From assembly GCA_964499705.1 (NCBI GenBank), contig CAZCME010000007.1, forward strand, positions 62,001 to 126,000: DNA of 64,000 nucleotides, given 5' to 3'. Of the stretch, positions 9,172 to 17,734 are shown in pieces (the first letter of the stretch is position 1; each line of letters begins with the position of its first letter). Position numbers and translations under genes: made by a program. Below the pieces are notes generated by a model, which saw only the letters and a list, made by a program, of their open reading frames with translations, ran no database searches and had not been told where the DNA came from. The stretch is from an uncultured bacterium (GTDB lineage Bacteria > UBA8481).

Positions 9172-10107
9172 TTGTTGCGGATAGGCGTCGTCGGTGTCGG
9201 CCACCTCGGAAAACATCACGCTCGCCTCCTGCGGGACATCGAGGGGTGCCGTGTCTGCGGCATCTTCGACAATAATCCGAAAGCTCTCGATAAAGTCGCG
9301 CGGGAGTTTTCGCTTCCGGTCGCGTCCTCCTTCGAAGCGTTGCTCGATTCCGTCGATGCCCTGACCGTCGCCACTCCGACCGTCACGCACCATCCCGTGG
9401 CCCTGGCGTCTCTCTCTCGCGGCATTCACACCCTGGTCGAAAAACCGATCACGCCATCCCTGGCCGAGGCCGAGGAACTCCTGGCGATGGCGGACAAGTC
9501 GGGAGCGCTGTTGCAGGTGGGACACGTGGAGCGGTTCAACGGGGCCATTCTCGCGGTCAGGGAATACATCAGCGATCCGCGATTCATCGAAGTACACAGG
9601 CTTTCGCCGTTCCCCGATCGCTCGACCGACATCGGCGTCATCCTCGACGTCATGATCCACGACATCGACATCCTGCTGTCGCTCGTGGATTCTCCCGTCG
9701 TCCGGATCGACGCCATCGGCACGAGCGTCATCACGACGATGGAGGATATTGCGAACGCGCGGATCACCTTCGCCTCCGGATGCGTCGCGAACGTCACCGC
9801 CTCGCGCATCTCCTACCAGACCATGCGAAAGCTCCGCATCTTCTGCCCCGACCGGTACATCTCCGTGGATTACCACAAGCAGGACGCGGTGATGTACAGG
9901 AAAAAGTCCGGAGTCACGACTCCTGCAAGCATGAACGACATCGAGCGCGTGGCTCCGAAGATCACGAAGACGGAGCCGTTGAAGCTCGAGCTGGAGGCCT
10001 ACGTCGCGGCCTGCCGCGGCCAGCAGATCCGCGCCGCCTCCGGGACCGAAGGAAGGGACGCGTTGAAGATGGCGTTGGAGATCGGGCGACAGATTCGAAA
10101 GGGATGA
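9163..10107 (+). CDS. Gfo/Idh/MocA oxidoreductase, probable UDP-GlcNAc 3-dehydrogenase (GnnA-like)
   Basis: GVGHLG..HA, LVEKPI, QVGHVERFN, DVMIHDID, ASRIS; directly upstream of lpxB. Confidence 0.85.
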   Translation: MSPLLRIGVVGVGHLGKHHARLLRDIEGCRVCGIFDNNPKALDKVAREFSLPVASSFEALLDSVDALTVATPTVTHHPVALASLSRGIHTLVEKPITPSLAEAEELLAMADKSGALLQVGHVERFNGAILAVREYISDPRFIEVHRLSPFPDRSTDIGVILDVMIHDIDILLSLVDSPVVRIDAIGTSVITTMEDIANARITFASGCVANVTASRISYQTMRKLRIFCPDRYISVDYHKQDAVMYRKKSGVTTPASMNDIERVAPKITKTEPLKLELEAYVAACRGQQIRAASGTEGRDALKMALEIGRQIRKG

Positions 10108-10126
10108 TTTATGAGGGAAGAAGTAC

Positions 10127-10160
10127 TTCATCCTTCATAATTCATCCTTCATCCTTCATA
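10127..10160. repeat. 7-nt tandem tract (TTCATCC-type)
   Basis: TTCATCC TTCATAA TTCATCC TTCATCC TTCATA. Confidence 0.8.
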
Positions 10161-10168
10161 CTGGCCCC

Positions 10169-11269
10169 ATGAGCAGAATTCTCATTATAGCGGGCGATCC
10201 GTCAGGGGACGCCCACGCTGCGGAGATGGTCCGGAGGTTGAAGACGATGTCGCCGGACGAGGAGATCGCCGCGGTCGGCGGACCGGCGCTGGCGGCGGCG
10301 GGGGCGAAGCTGATCGCCAATCTCGTCGGGGAAGCCGTGACCGGTTTTTCGGAGGTGATCGCGCATCTTCCGCATGTCCTGAAGCATTACGTGACGGCGC
10401 TGACGGCGGCAAAGCGCGCCGACCTTGTCGTCTTCGTGGACTATCCCGGATTCAACCTCGCTCTGGCCAGGGACATTTTCAAATTGTCGCCCCGTCCGAA
10501 GATGCTCTGGTATATCGCTCCCCAGGTCTGGGCCTGGAACAAGGGGCGGACCGGCGTCATGAGCCGGATCCTCGACAGGATCGCCGTCGTCTTTCCGTTT
10601 GAGGAGAAGATCTTCCCCAACGCGGAGTACGTCGGGCATCCGCTTCTTGATCTTCCTGTTCCTGAACCGATCGCGGAATTCGACGGATCGCGCGTCGTGG
10701 CGCTCCTGCCGGGTTCGCGGAAGAACGAGATCAGCCGGCACATCGGCGTCATGATCGATGCGGCGAAGATTCTTGCGCGGCGCGGCTGGCGGCCCGTCAT
10801 CTCCATGTCGAATCCGGATTTCCTGCCGCGGTTCGAGCGCGCCGAATGCGAGCTCTACTCCGGCAGTCCCCGCTCGCTCCTGGCTTCCTCCGAGGCGGCC
10901 ATCGTGAAGTCGGGCACGTCCACTCTGGAGACCGCGCTTCTCGGCAAGCCGCTCGTCGCCATCTACCGTCTCTCGTGGATCAGCTACATGATCGGAAAAG
11001 TGCTCGTCGACATCAAGCACTTCGCCATGCCGAACATTCTCCTGGAGGAAGAGGCCGTGCCGGAATTATTGCAGCAGCAGGCAACGGCGGAGCGGATCGT
11101 GTCGAAGCTGGAGCACCTGGACAAGTCCGGTGCCGAAAAAGCATTCTCGCGCCTGCGGGATATTCTCCAGAATCGCGGCAGCGCCCAGCGCACGGCCGAA
11201 ATCTGCCTTGAATTGCTCGGCAAGCGACAAGTCGCCGCACGACAAGTCGTATCTCCTCTCCCCGCATGA
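10169..11269 (+). CDS. lpxB: Lipid A disaccharide synthase
   Basis: AGDPSGD, VDYPGFN, PQVWAW, FPFE, VGHPL, LLPGSR, SGTSTLE, VPELLQ. Confidence 0.95.
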   Translation: MSRILIIAGDPSGDAHAAEMVRRLKTMSPDEEIAAVGGPALAAAGAKLIANLVGEAVTGFSEVIAHLPHVLKHYVTALTAAKRADLVVFVDYPGFNLALARDIFKLSPRPKMLWYIAPQVWAWNKGRTGVMSRILDRIAVVFPFEEKIFPNAEYVGHPLLDLPVPEPIAEFDGSRVVALLPGSRKNEISRHIGVMIDAAKILARRGWRPVISMSNPDFLPRFERAECELYSGSPRSLLASSEAAIVKSGTSTLETALLGKPLVAIYRLSWISYMIGKVLVDIKHFAMPNILLEEEAVPELLQQQATAERIVSKLEHLDKSGAEKAFSRLRDILQNRGSAQRTAEICLELLGKRQVAARQVVSPLPA

Positions 11270-13095
11270 TCCTACGGACAGCGGAACGATTTCGCCCCGC
11301 GCGCATTCCGCTCTTCTGGGCCAACGTCGCCATGGTCGTCGTCGTCGCCACGAACGGCATCTCCCTCGTGACGCTCCAGCCGATCATCGACCGGATCTTC
11401 GTCTCCCCGGAGGATCCTCTTGTCTACGCTGTCCCGTACTCCTCGTTCGTTCTGACCTCCTCGAAGACGAGACTGCTGATGATTCTCACCGCGTTCTTCG
11501 TCGCCTCGCGCATGATCTATTCCATCTCGCTCTACGCGCAGCGCTATCTCATGATGATCGCCGGAGAAAAGATGGTGCATGAGCTCCGGATCGATCTCTA
11601 CCGACAGATCCTCTCGCTCCCGCCCGCGTTCTACGCGAAGCATCGCTCCGGGGAACTCGTCTCGAACCTGACCTCCGACCTCGGGCTCGTCCAGCACCTG
11701 GCTTCGACCATCACGGCGGACCTGATCCGGAGACCGTTCGAGATCGTCTTTCTCATCGCACTTCTCTTCTGGATCAACTCGGGGCTCGCGTCGACGTCGC
11801 TCCTCGTAGCCCCCTTCGTCGTCCTCATCGTGCGGCTCCTGGGCGGATCGGTCCGGCGCCGGTCCGGAAAGATGCAGGCGCGAATGGCCGATATCGCGGG
11901 CAATCTCGGAGAAACCGTCTCGGGGATCCGGATCATCCAGGCGTTCAACGCGGAGCAGACCCTGTTCACGCGCTTCATGAACCTGGCGCAGGATTATGTC
12001 GCGCGGGCGCGCCGGACGTATCTGCTGACGGCGCTGGCGACGCCGGCGACGGAAACGGTCACGGCCCTGGGGATCGCGGCGATCATCATCTACGGAGGCC
12101 GGGCGGTCATACACGGCGATATTTCCACGGGCGAATTTTTCGCCTTCATGGCGATCCTGATGGCGACGTACCAGCCGGTGAAGACCTTTGTCAATGCGCT
12201 CTCGGAAGCCGGGAGGGCCGCCGCCAGTCTCGACCGGGTCTACGCGATTCTCGATACCGTTCCGTCGATCCGCTCCGACCCCGGCAGCGGCAAGCCGGCG
12301 GTTTTCGCCGATGCCCTGCGGATCGAGGATGTGTCCTTCTCATACTTGAGCGGGAAAGATTCCGTGGAAGCGCCTGTGCTCTCTGACATTTCCCTCTCTG
12401 TCAGGAAGGGCGAAACCATCGCGATCGTCGGACCGTCCGGTTCCGGCAAGACAACTCTCCTGTCGCTCATCCCGCGGTTCCACGATCCGAGCTCGGGACG
12501 GATTCTTCTCGACGGCGTCGACTTGAAGGAGCTCGACCTGGTCTCGCTCCGCCGGTTGATCGGGATCGTCACGCAGGATACGTTTCTCTTCCACGACACG
12601 ATCCGCTCCAACATCGCGCTCGGAAGACCTCGCTCCACGGACGCGGAGATCATGGCCGCGGCGAAAGCGGCGCACATCGCGGACTTCATCCGGGCGCTTC
12701 CGGAAGGTCTCGACACGATGGTCGGCGAAAGGGGCACGCGCCTTTCCGGCGGAGAAAAGCAGCGGATCGCGATCGCGCGCGCTCTTCTCGTCGATCCGCC
12801 CATCCTGATTCTCGACGAGGCGACGAGCTCCCTGGACAGCGAATCGGAGCGGCATGTCCAGGCGGCGATCGAGGAGTTGATCGAGGGAAGAACGACGCTC
12901 ATCATCGCGCACCGGCTCTCCACGATCCAGCGCGCGTCGAGGATCGTTGTCGTGTCGGGCGGGCGCATCGTGGAGCAAGGCTCGCACGACGTCCTCCTGT
13001 CCGGGCGAGGACTCTATGCCCGGCTGTATGAGATGCAGTTCGCGGGCATGCCCGGGCCGGGCGCGCCTGACCCGGGCAAACCTGGCCGGGGATGA
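11266..13095 (+). CDS. msbA: ABC exporter, MsbA-like lipid A flippase
   Basis: TMD plus NBD: GPSGSGKT, LSGGEKQR, ILDEATS; located between lpxB and lpxK. Confidence 0.85.
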   Translation: MILRTAERFRPARIPLFWANVAMVVVVATNGISLVTLQPIIDRIFVSPEDPLVYAVPYSSFVLTSSKTRLLMILTAFFVASRMIYSISLYAQRYLMMIAGEKMVHELRIDLYRQILSLPPAFYAKHRSGELVSNLTSDLGLVQHLASTITADLIRRPFEIVFLIALLFWINSGLASTSLLVAPFVVLIVRLLGGSVRRRSGKMQARMADIAGNLGETVSGIRIIQAFNAEQTLFTRFMNLAQDYVARARRTYLLTALATPATETVTALGIAAIIIYGGRAVIHGDISTGEFFAFMAILMATYQPVKTFVNALSEAGRAAASLDRVYAILDTVPSIRSDPGSGKPAVFADALRIEDVSFSYLSGKDSVEAPVLSDISLSVRKGETIAIVGPSGSGKTTLLSLIPRFHDPSSGRILLDGVDLKELDLVSLRRLIGIVTQDTFLFHDTIRSNIALGRPRSTDAEIMAAAKAAHIADFIRALPEGLDTMVGERGTRLSGGEKQRIAIARALLVDPPILILDEATSSLDSESERHVQAAIEELIEGRTTLIIAHRLSTIQRASRIVVVSGGRIVEQGSHDVLLSGRGLYARLYEMQFAGMPGPGAPDPGKPGRG

Positions 13096-14087
13096 CGGAC
13101 TACCTCTTCCGCTCCCGCCTGCTCCGTCTCGCGGCGGCGCCGCTGTCCGCCGCTTATCTCGCCGCGTTGAAGCTCCGCCCCGCCCCCGAGGTCACGCGCC
13201 TGGCGGCGAAGGTGATTTCCATCGGCAATATCCACGTCGGCGGCACCGGCAAGACGCCGCTCGTATTGGCGCTGGCCCGACGATTGAAGGCGCTCGGCGC
13301 GGAACCGGCCATCGTGTCGCGCGGTTACCGTGGCCGCCTCTCCGCCGTGGGCGCCGAAGTCACGGCGGATTCATCCGCGGATGATACGGGCGACGAGCCG
13401 CTCGAGCTCGCCCGGGCCCTGGAAGCCGTTCCCGTCTTCATCGGACGCGACCGCGTGGAGGCCGCGAGAAAAGCGATGCTGAAGGGGCGCGTCCTCATTC
13501 TCGACGACGGCTTTCAGCACCGGCGGCTTCACCGCGACCTCGATGTCGTCGTGATCCCGGGATCATCGCGGCCGCGCGATCAGCGCATGCTACCGCTGGG
13601 ACGATTGCGGGAGCCGCTCCCGGCATTGCAGCGGGCGGATGCCGTGGTCCTTGTGCGGGAGGTCGGCGAGGAGGAATCCGATCCGACAGCCTGGAAGGAG
13701 TGGACGGACGCTCCGATCTTCACGGCGGAGCGGATCATCGACCGCGTTCGCCCGCGGAGGGGAACGGTCGATCCTGTCGCGCTTCTCGGAAGAAAGGTGG
13801 TCGTCTTTTCCGGCGTCGCGAACCCTTCGCGTTTTCTGCGCGTCGTGAAATCCGCGGGAGCGCGGATCGTGGAGGACATCGCCTTCGCCGATCATCACGT
13901 CTACACGGATCAGGATCTGAATCTCCTGAACATTCTTGTCATGACGCACGACGCCGTCGCCGTGACGACGGAAAAAGACGACGCGCGCCTGGGCCATCGG
14001 CCCCTGCCCTTCCCGACGGCCGTTCTCTCCACTTCGCTCACGTGCGATGCCTTTCTCGATTTCTGCGAACGAAGAATCCCCCGATGA
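13092..14087 (+). CDS. lpxK: Tetraacyldisaccharide 4'-kinase
   Basis: SIGNIHVGGTGKTP, SRGY, GDEP, LDDGFQH, LPLGRLREP, TTEKD. Confidence 0.95.
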   Translation: MTDYLFRSRLLRLAAAPLSAAYLAALKLRPAPEVTRLAAKVISIGNIHVGGTGKTPLVLALARRLKALGAEPAIVSRGYRGRLSAVGAEVTADSSADDTGDEPLELARALEAVPVFIGRDRVEAARKAMLKGRVLILDDGFQHRRLHRDLDVVVIPGSSRPRDQRMLPLGRLREPLPALQRADAVVLVREVGEEESDPTAWKEWTDAPIFTAERIIDRVRPRRGTVDPVALLGRKVVVFSGVANPSRFLRVVKSAGARIVEDIAFADHHVYTDQDLNLLNILVMTHDAVAVTTEKDDARLGHRPLPFPTAVLSTSLTCDAFLDFCERRIPR

Positions 14088-14938
14088 AGAACGTTCGTTA
14101 CTACGCGGAGTATCTCTTCCTGTCGAACTTGATCCGTCTCCTGGCCCTTCCCCGCCGCTCGCCGACCCGCACGCTCGGCACCGCGCTCGGCCGCGCCGTG
14201 TATGCGACCGGAGTACGGCGCCAGGATGTTCTCGCCAACCTGAAGACCGCCTTTCCGGAAAAGAGCGACGGGGAACGGAGCGACCTGGCGATCAAATGCT
14301 TCGAGCACCTGGGCAGGGTGATCGTGGACACGGCATCGGTTCCGAAATGGACCGACGAGGAGCTGCGAAGCCGGATAACGCTGGAGGGATGGCATTACCT
14401 GGAGGAAGCGCGCGCCGCCGGGCGCGGAGTCATCATCGCAACCGGACACCTCGGCGTCCCCGATCTCGGCGGAACGCGGATCACCATGGAAGGCGCGCGC
14501 GTGACGGCCGTGTACCAGGGAGTCAAGAATCCATATGTCGACAAATGGATCTTCACGATCAGATGCCAGCGCGGCGCCACCGTCACGAAGCGCGGCATCG
14601 GATTCCGGAAGGTGTACGACGCGCTGAAGAGGAACGAATGCGTCGCGATTCTCGCCGATCAGGACGCCGGTCGAAACGGGCTCTTCATCCCCTTCTTCGG
14701 CCGCACCGCGTCGACCATGAAGGGCCCCGCGGAATTCGCGCTGCGGACCGGAGCGCCGATGCTGACCTGCTTCGGGCCTGTCATCGACGGCAATTACGCG
14801 GTGAAATTCGAGCCGATCATCCCCCACTCCGATGTCGAAACGATGATGCGCGAGTACAACCGCCGTCTCGAAGCCGCCATCCGCCTCTGGCCCGAACAAT
14901 ACTTCTGGCTCCACCGCCGCTGGAAAACGCTGCAATAA
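14084..14938 (+). CDS. Lipid A late acyltransferase (LpxL/HtrB family)
   Basis: ATGA overlap with lpxK; HLGVPD (Hx4D), ADQD, FFG, PEQYFWLHRRWK. Confidence 0.88.
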   Translation: MKNVRYYAEYLFLSNLIRLLALPRRSPTRTLGTALGRAVYATGVRRQDVLANLKTAFPEKSDGERSDLAIKCFEHLGRVIVDTASVPKWTDEELRSRITLEGWHYLEEARAAGRGVIIATGHLGVPDLGGTRITMEGARVTAVYQGVKNPYVDKWIFTIRCQRGATVTKRGIGFRKVYDALKRNECVAILADQDAGRNGLFIPFFGRTASTMKGPAEFALRTGAPMLTCFGPVIDGNYAVKFEPIIPHSDVETMMREYNRRLEAAIRLWPEQYFWLHRRWKTLQ

Positions 14939-14970
14939 AGCGGACAGAGAAACCGGAATAACAGGATGGG

Positions 14971-15040
14971 ATAATACGGGGACAGTATACTATTTTCCGT
15001 GAAGAATTTCACGGAAAATAGTATACTGTCCCCGTATTAT
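14971..15040. repeat. Perfect 33-bp-arm palindrome with 4-nt loop (REP/MITE-like)
   Basis: ataatacggggacagtatactattttccgtgaa-gaat-ttcacggaaaatagtatactgtccccgtattat. Confidence 0.92.
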
Positions 15041-15632
15041 GCTCGTTGTCGCTTCGGATAATCAGGGGAAGTTACGAGAAATTCTCGCGATATTCTCCGC
15101 GCTCATTCCCGGCATCAGGGTCGTGCGCGCGTCGGAGCTGGACATCACGATCGACTATCCGCCGGAGGGAAACGATTACGCTGCCAACGCGGTCGGCAAG
15201 GCGCTGGCCGCGGCGAAGCAGACGGGCTATCCCGCGATCGCGGACGATTCCGGAGTGGAAGTCGACGCCCTGGGAGGCCGGCCGGGCGTTCATTCGGCGC
15301 GATACGCGGATTCGGACGCGGAGCGGATTTCGCGGATGCTCGCGGAGCTTGCTCCCTGGAAGAATGCCTCGGATCGGAAGGCGCGATTCCGCTGCGTCGC
15401 GGCGATCGGATTTCCCGACCGCAGATCGATCACGGCCGAGGGCACATGGGAAGGGACCATCGCGCCTGCGCCCACGGGGGCGGGCGGCTTCGGTTACGAT
15501 CCGATCTTCGTCGACATGGATTCGGGCAGGACCGCGGCGCAACTGTCGCCGGAGGAGAAAGCGGACCGAAGCCATCGGGGCAAGGCGCTTCGCGCGCTGG
15601 CGGCCCTTTACGCAGCTCAGGACAGGGGTTGA
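15039..15632 (+). CDS. rdgB: Non-canonical purine NTP pyrophosphatase (RdgB/HAM1)
   Basis: NQGKLRE, ADDSG, PGVHSARY, GFGYDPIF, SHRG. Confidence 0.95.
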   Translation: MLVVASDNQGKLREILAIFSALIPGIRVVRASELDITIDYPPEGNDYAANAVGKALAAAKQTGYPAIADDSGVEVDALGGRPGVHSARYADSDAERISRMLAELAPWKNASDRKARFRCVAAIGFPDRRSITAEGTWEGTIAPAPTGAGGFGYDPIFVDMDSGRTAAQLSPEEKADRSHRGKALRALAALYAAQDRG

Positions 15633-15633
15633 C

Positions 15634-15957
15634 CTACTCCTTCTTTTTCTTCTTCTTCTCTTTCTCCTTCTTCTCCGGCTTTTTCTTTTCCGCGTCCGCC
15701 GCCTCCGCGGGCTTCGTCTCTTCCTTCTTTGTCGTCTCCGGGGAAACGGTCTCCGCCGCCGGCTCCTTCTTTACATGATGAGCGGGCTTCGAGTCTTTCG
15801 AATACCAGCCGCTGCCCTTCAGGTGGAATGCCGCGAGCGAGATGACGCGCTGCGCCTTCTTGCCGCACTTCGGGCACTTGGCGTGAGGCGGCGCCGAAAA
15901 CGAACGCATCTCCTCGAAATGTTTTCCGCATGTGCATGCGTATTCGTAAATGGGCAT
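15634..15957 (-). CDS. FmdB-family zinc-ribbon protein with Lys/Glu-rich tail
   Basis: MPIYEYACTCG..FE..CPKCG..FHLKGSGWY. Confidence 0.9.
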   Translation of the reverse strand: MPIYEYACTCGKHFEEMRSFSAPPHAKCPKCGKKAQRVISLAAFHLKGSGWYSKDSKPAHHVKKEPAAETVSPETTKKEETKPAEAADAEKKKPEKKEKEKKKKKKE

Positions 15958-16030
15958 TGTAAATTCACTCCTTGATCCTGTTCAGGTATCGAGCATCAGC
16001 GCGAAGGCGTTTTGAGCGTCCGGGACGCGA

Positions 16031-17035
16031 TCAGAACGCCATGTTCAATCTGGCCTGCGCAAACCCTCCGTCATCGATATTCAAGCGGTTGTAGTGCCGG
16101 TCGCCGTAATCGAGCCCTTCGTACCAGAAGCGCTGGAACGCGTAACCGCCCGCGAGTTCGAAGGACGTGCCGGGGCTTAGCGTATATCGGAATCCTCCCG
16201 TCACACGCTTCTCGTGGTACGTCAGCTTGTCGTCGAGGTCCTTGTTGGAGCTGCGGTAATAGTCCTGCTGGTCCCAGTCGAATCCGACGAACTGGACGAT
16301 CTCCTTCGTGAGATTGCGGCCGGCCTCCGTGGAGAGTTTTCTCAGCAGGAGGTAGGAGGTCTTCCAATACGTCTTCTCGTTGAAGCGCAGGTCCATCATC
16401 GCCAGCGGCGCTCCGATCACGAACGTGTACTTCGGTGTGGGCTTCCAGATATAGGCCGCGCCCGGCAGGGGGACGTCGTGGAGATAATCGCGCGTCGAGA
16501 GGTAGTGGACATAGAAGAGCCATTCGTCGCGGTCGCCGCTCGGCGTCCTCGCGAAGAGGTTCGCGCCGACCCGGACGTCGTTCTTGCTGTCGAAGGGATC
16601 GTCGCTCGGAGCCATCACGCTGAAGTTGTATCCCAGCTTCCAGTGACCGGGTGTGTTCCACTTGTAGGTGACGCCGAGCCCGACATCGAAGAGCGGATCG
16701 GGGAATTCGCTGATGGTATTGGGAAGAAGCGCGGGTGTACCGAAATCCCGCATACCCACCTTCACCTGGAACGAGAGGATCCGGTCCGTAATGTTCGGCA
16801 TGTGAATGGGCACGTTGAGATCGAGATCCGTGGAGGCCATCTTGAACCGGCGCCGGCGGAAATCCGTGGCCTCCTCTGAATAGATCCGCGTGCCGAGAGC
16901 GAATGTCGCGCTCTCGGCGGAGACATCGGTCAGGAGAATGTCGGCCATTTCCTGCGGAGACCGCTGCGCGCCCGCCACGGGCGCCAGCATCAAGAGAAGC
17001 AGCGCCGCGCCCCAACAACCCCGTTTGCTCACCAT
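16031..17035 (-). CDS. Hypothetical outer-membrane beta-barrel protein
   Basis: Signal peptide; aromatic-rich alternating strands; terminal Phe (ARLNMAF). Confidence 0.65.
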   Translation of the reverse strand: MVSKRGCWGAALLLLMLAPVAGAQRSPQEMADILLTDVSAESATFALGTRIYSEEATDFRRRRFKMASTDLDLNVPIHMPNITDRILSFQVKVGMRDFGTPALLPNTISEFPDPLFDVGLGVTYKWNTPGHWKLGYNFSVMAPSDDPFDSKNDVRVGANLFARTPSGDRDEWLFYVHYLSTRDYLHDVPLPGAAYIWKPTPKYTFVIGAPLAMMDLRFNEKTYWKTSYLLLRKLSTEAGRNLTKEIVQFVGFDWDQQDYYRSSNKDLDDKLTYHEKRVTGGFRYTLSPGTSFELAGGYAFQRFWYEGLDYGDRHYNRLNIDDGGFAQARLNMAF

Positions 17036-17178
17036 ACGGGTTTTGTATCAGAGCCGTCCCGGTCTGGCAAGCGTGGCGGCTTGCGGCGGCTCACCGCGTG
17101 GCGGATTACCGCGCTGCTTGCCGCTGTACGTCTCTTGCTTTATTCTCCTCACATCCCATTTTCCACGGAGGTCACATC

Positions 17179-17730
17179 ATGTCTCATTCCAGGTTTCTTC
17201 TCCTGTCGGCCCTCATCGCGGTCTTTCTCGCTGGTTTCGCGCTCCCTTCTCATTCGGAGGCCGATGCCACGAGCGAGGAAGAAAGCGGCGGCGGCGTCTT
17301 CAACTGGCTCTCGCAGATGAAGGTCAAGATGATGGCGCAGCAGTACGGGCTCGACACGGGCACGACTGAGAAGCTCATGGCGATCCTGAAACAGGAGGCC
17401 GCGGACAAGAAGAAGACCAACCTTGAGATCAAGTCCCTCATGACGGAAATGGAAGCCTCGCTCACCGGCGCTCCGACCGACCAGGATCTCATGACGAAGA
17501 TGAACGCGATCCAGGAGAAGAAGGTGGAACTCGCGAATATCGAGAACAAGACGTGGAACAACGTCGTCGAGCTCCTCGGCGCGAAGAAGGCGTCCGAATG
17601 GATCCTCGCCCGGCGCGGTGTCGTGGAGCGGATGAGCGGCGCGGTCAAGCGCGCGAATCAGCCCCAGTCGGGTTCCGATACCGGGACTCCCGTGAAGCCG
17701 GTCGGAGCTCCGCGTCGCGGAAACTGGTGA
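17179..17730 (+). CDS. Hypothetical periplasmic helical protein (Spy/CpxP-like pattern)
   Basis: GGAGG SD before ATG 17179; signal peptide; charged helical body. Confidence 0.55.
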   Translation: MSHSRFLLLSALIAVFLAGFALPSHSEADATSEEESGGGVFNWLSQMKVKMMAQQYGLDTGTTEKLMAILKQEAADKKKTNLEIKSLMTEMEASLTGAPTDQDLMTKMNAIQEKKVELANIENKTWNNVVELLGAKKASEWILARRGVVERMSGAVKRANQPQSGSDTGTPVKPVGAPRRGNW

Positions 17731-17734
17731 CCTT

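Noticed and set aside
13700-14083. N-terminal extension of the acyltransferase ORF
   Set aside because: Overlaps lpxK; ATGA coupling at 14084 is the better start.
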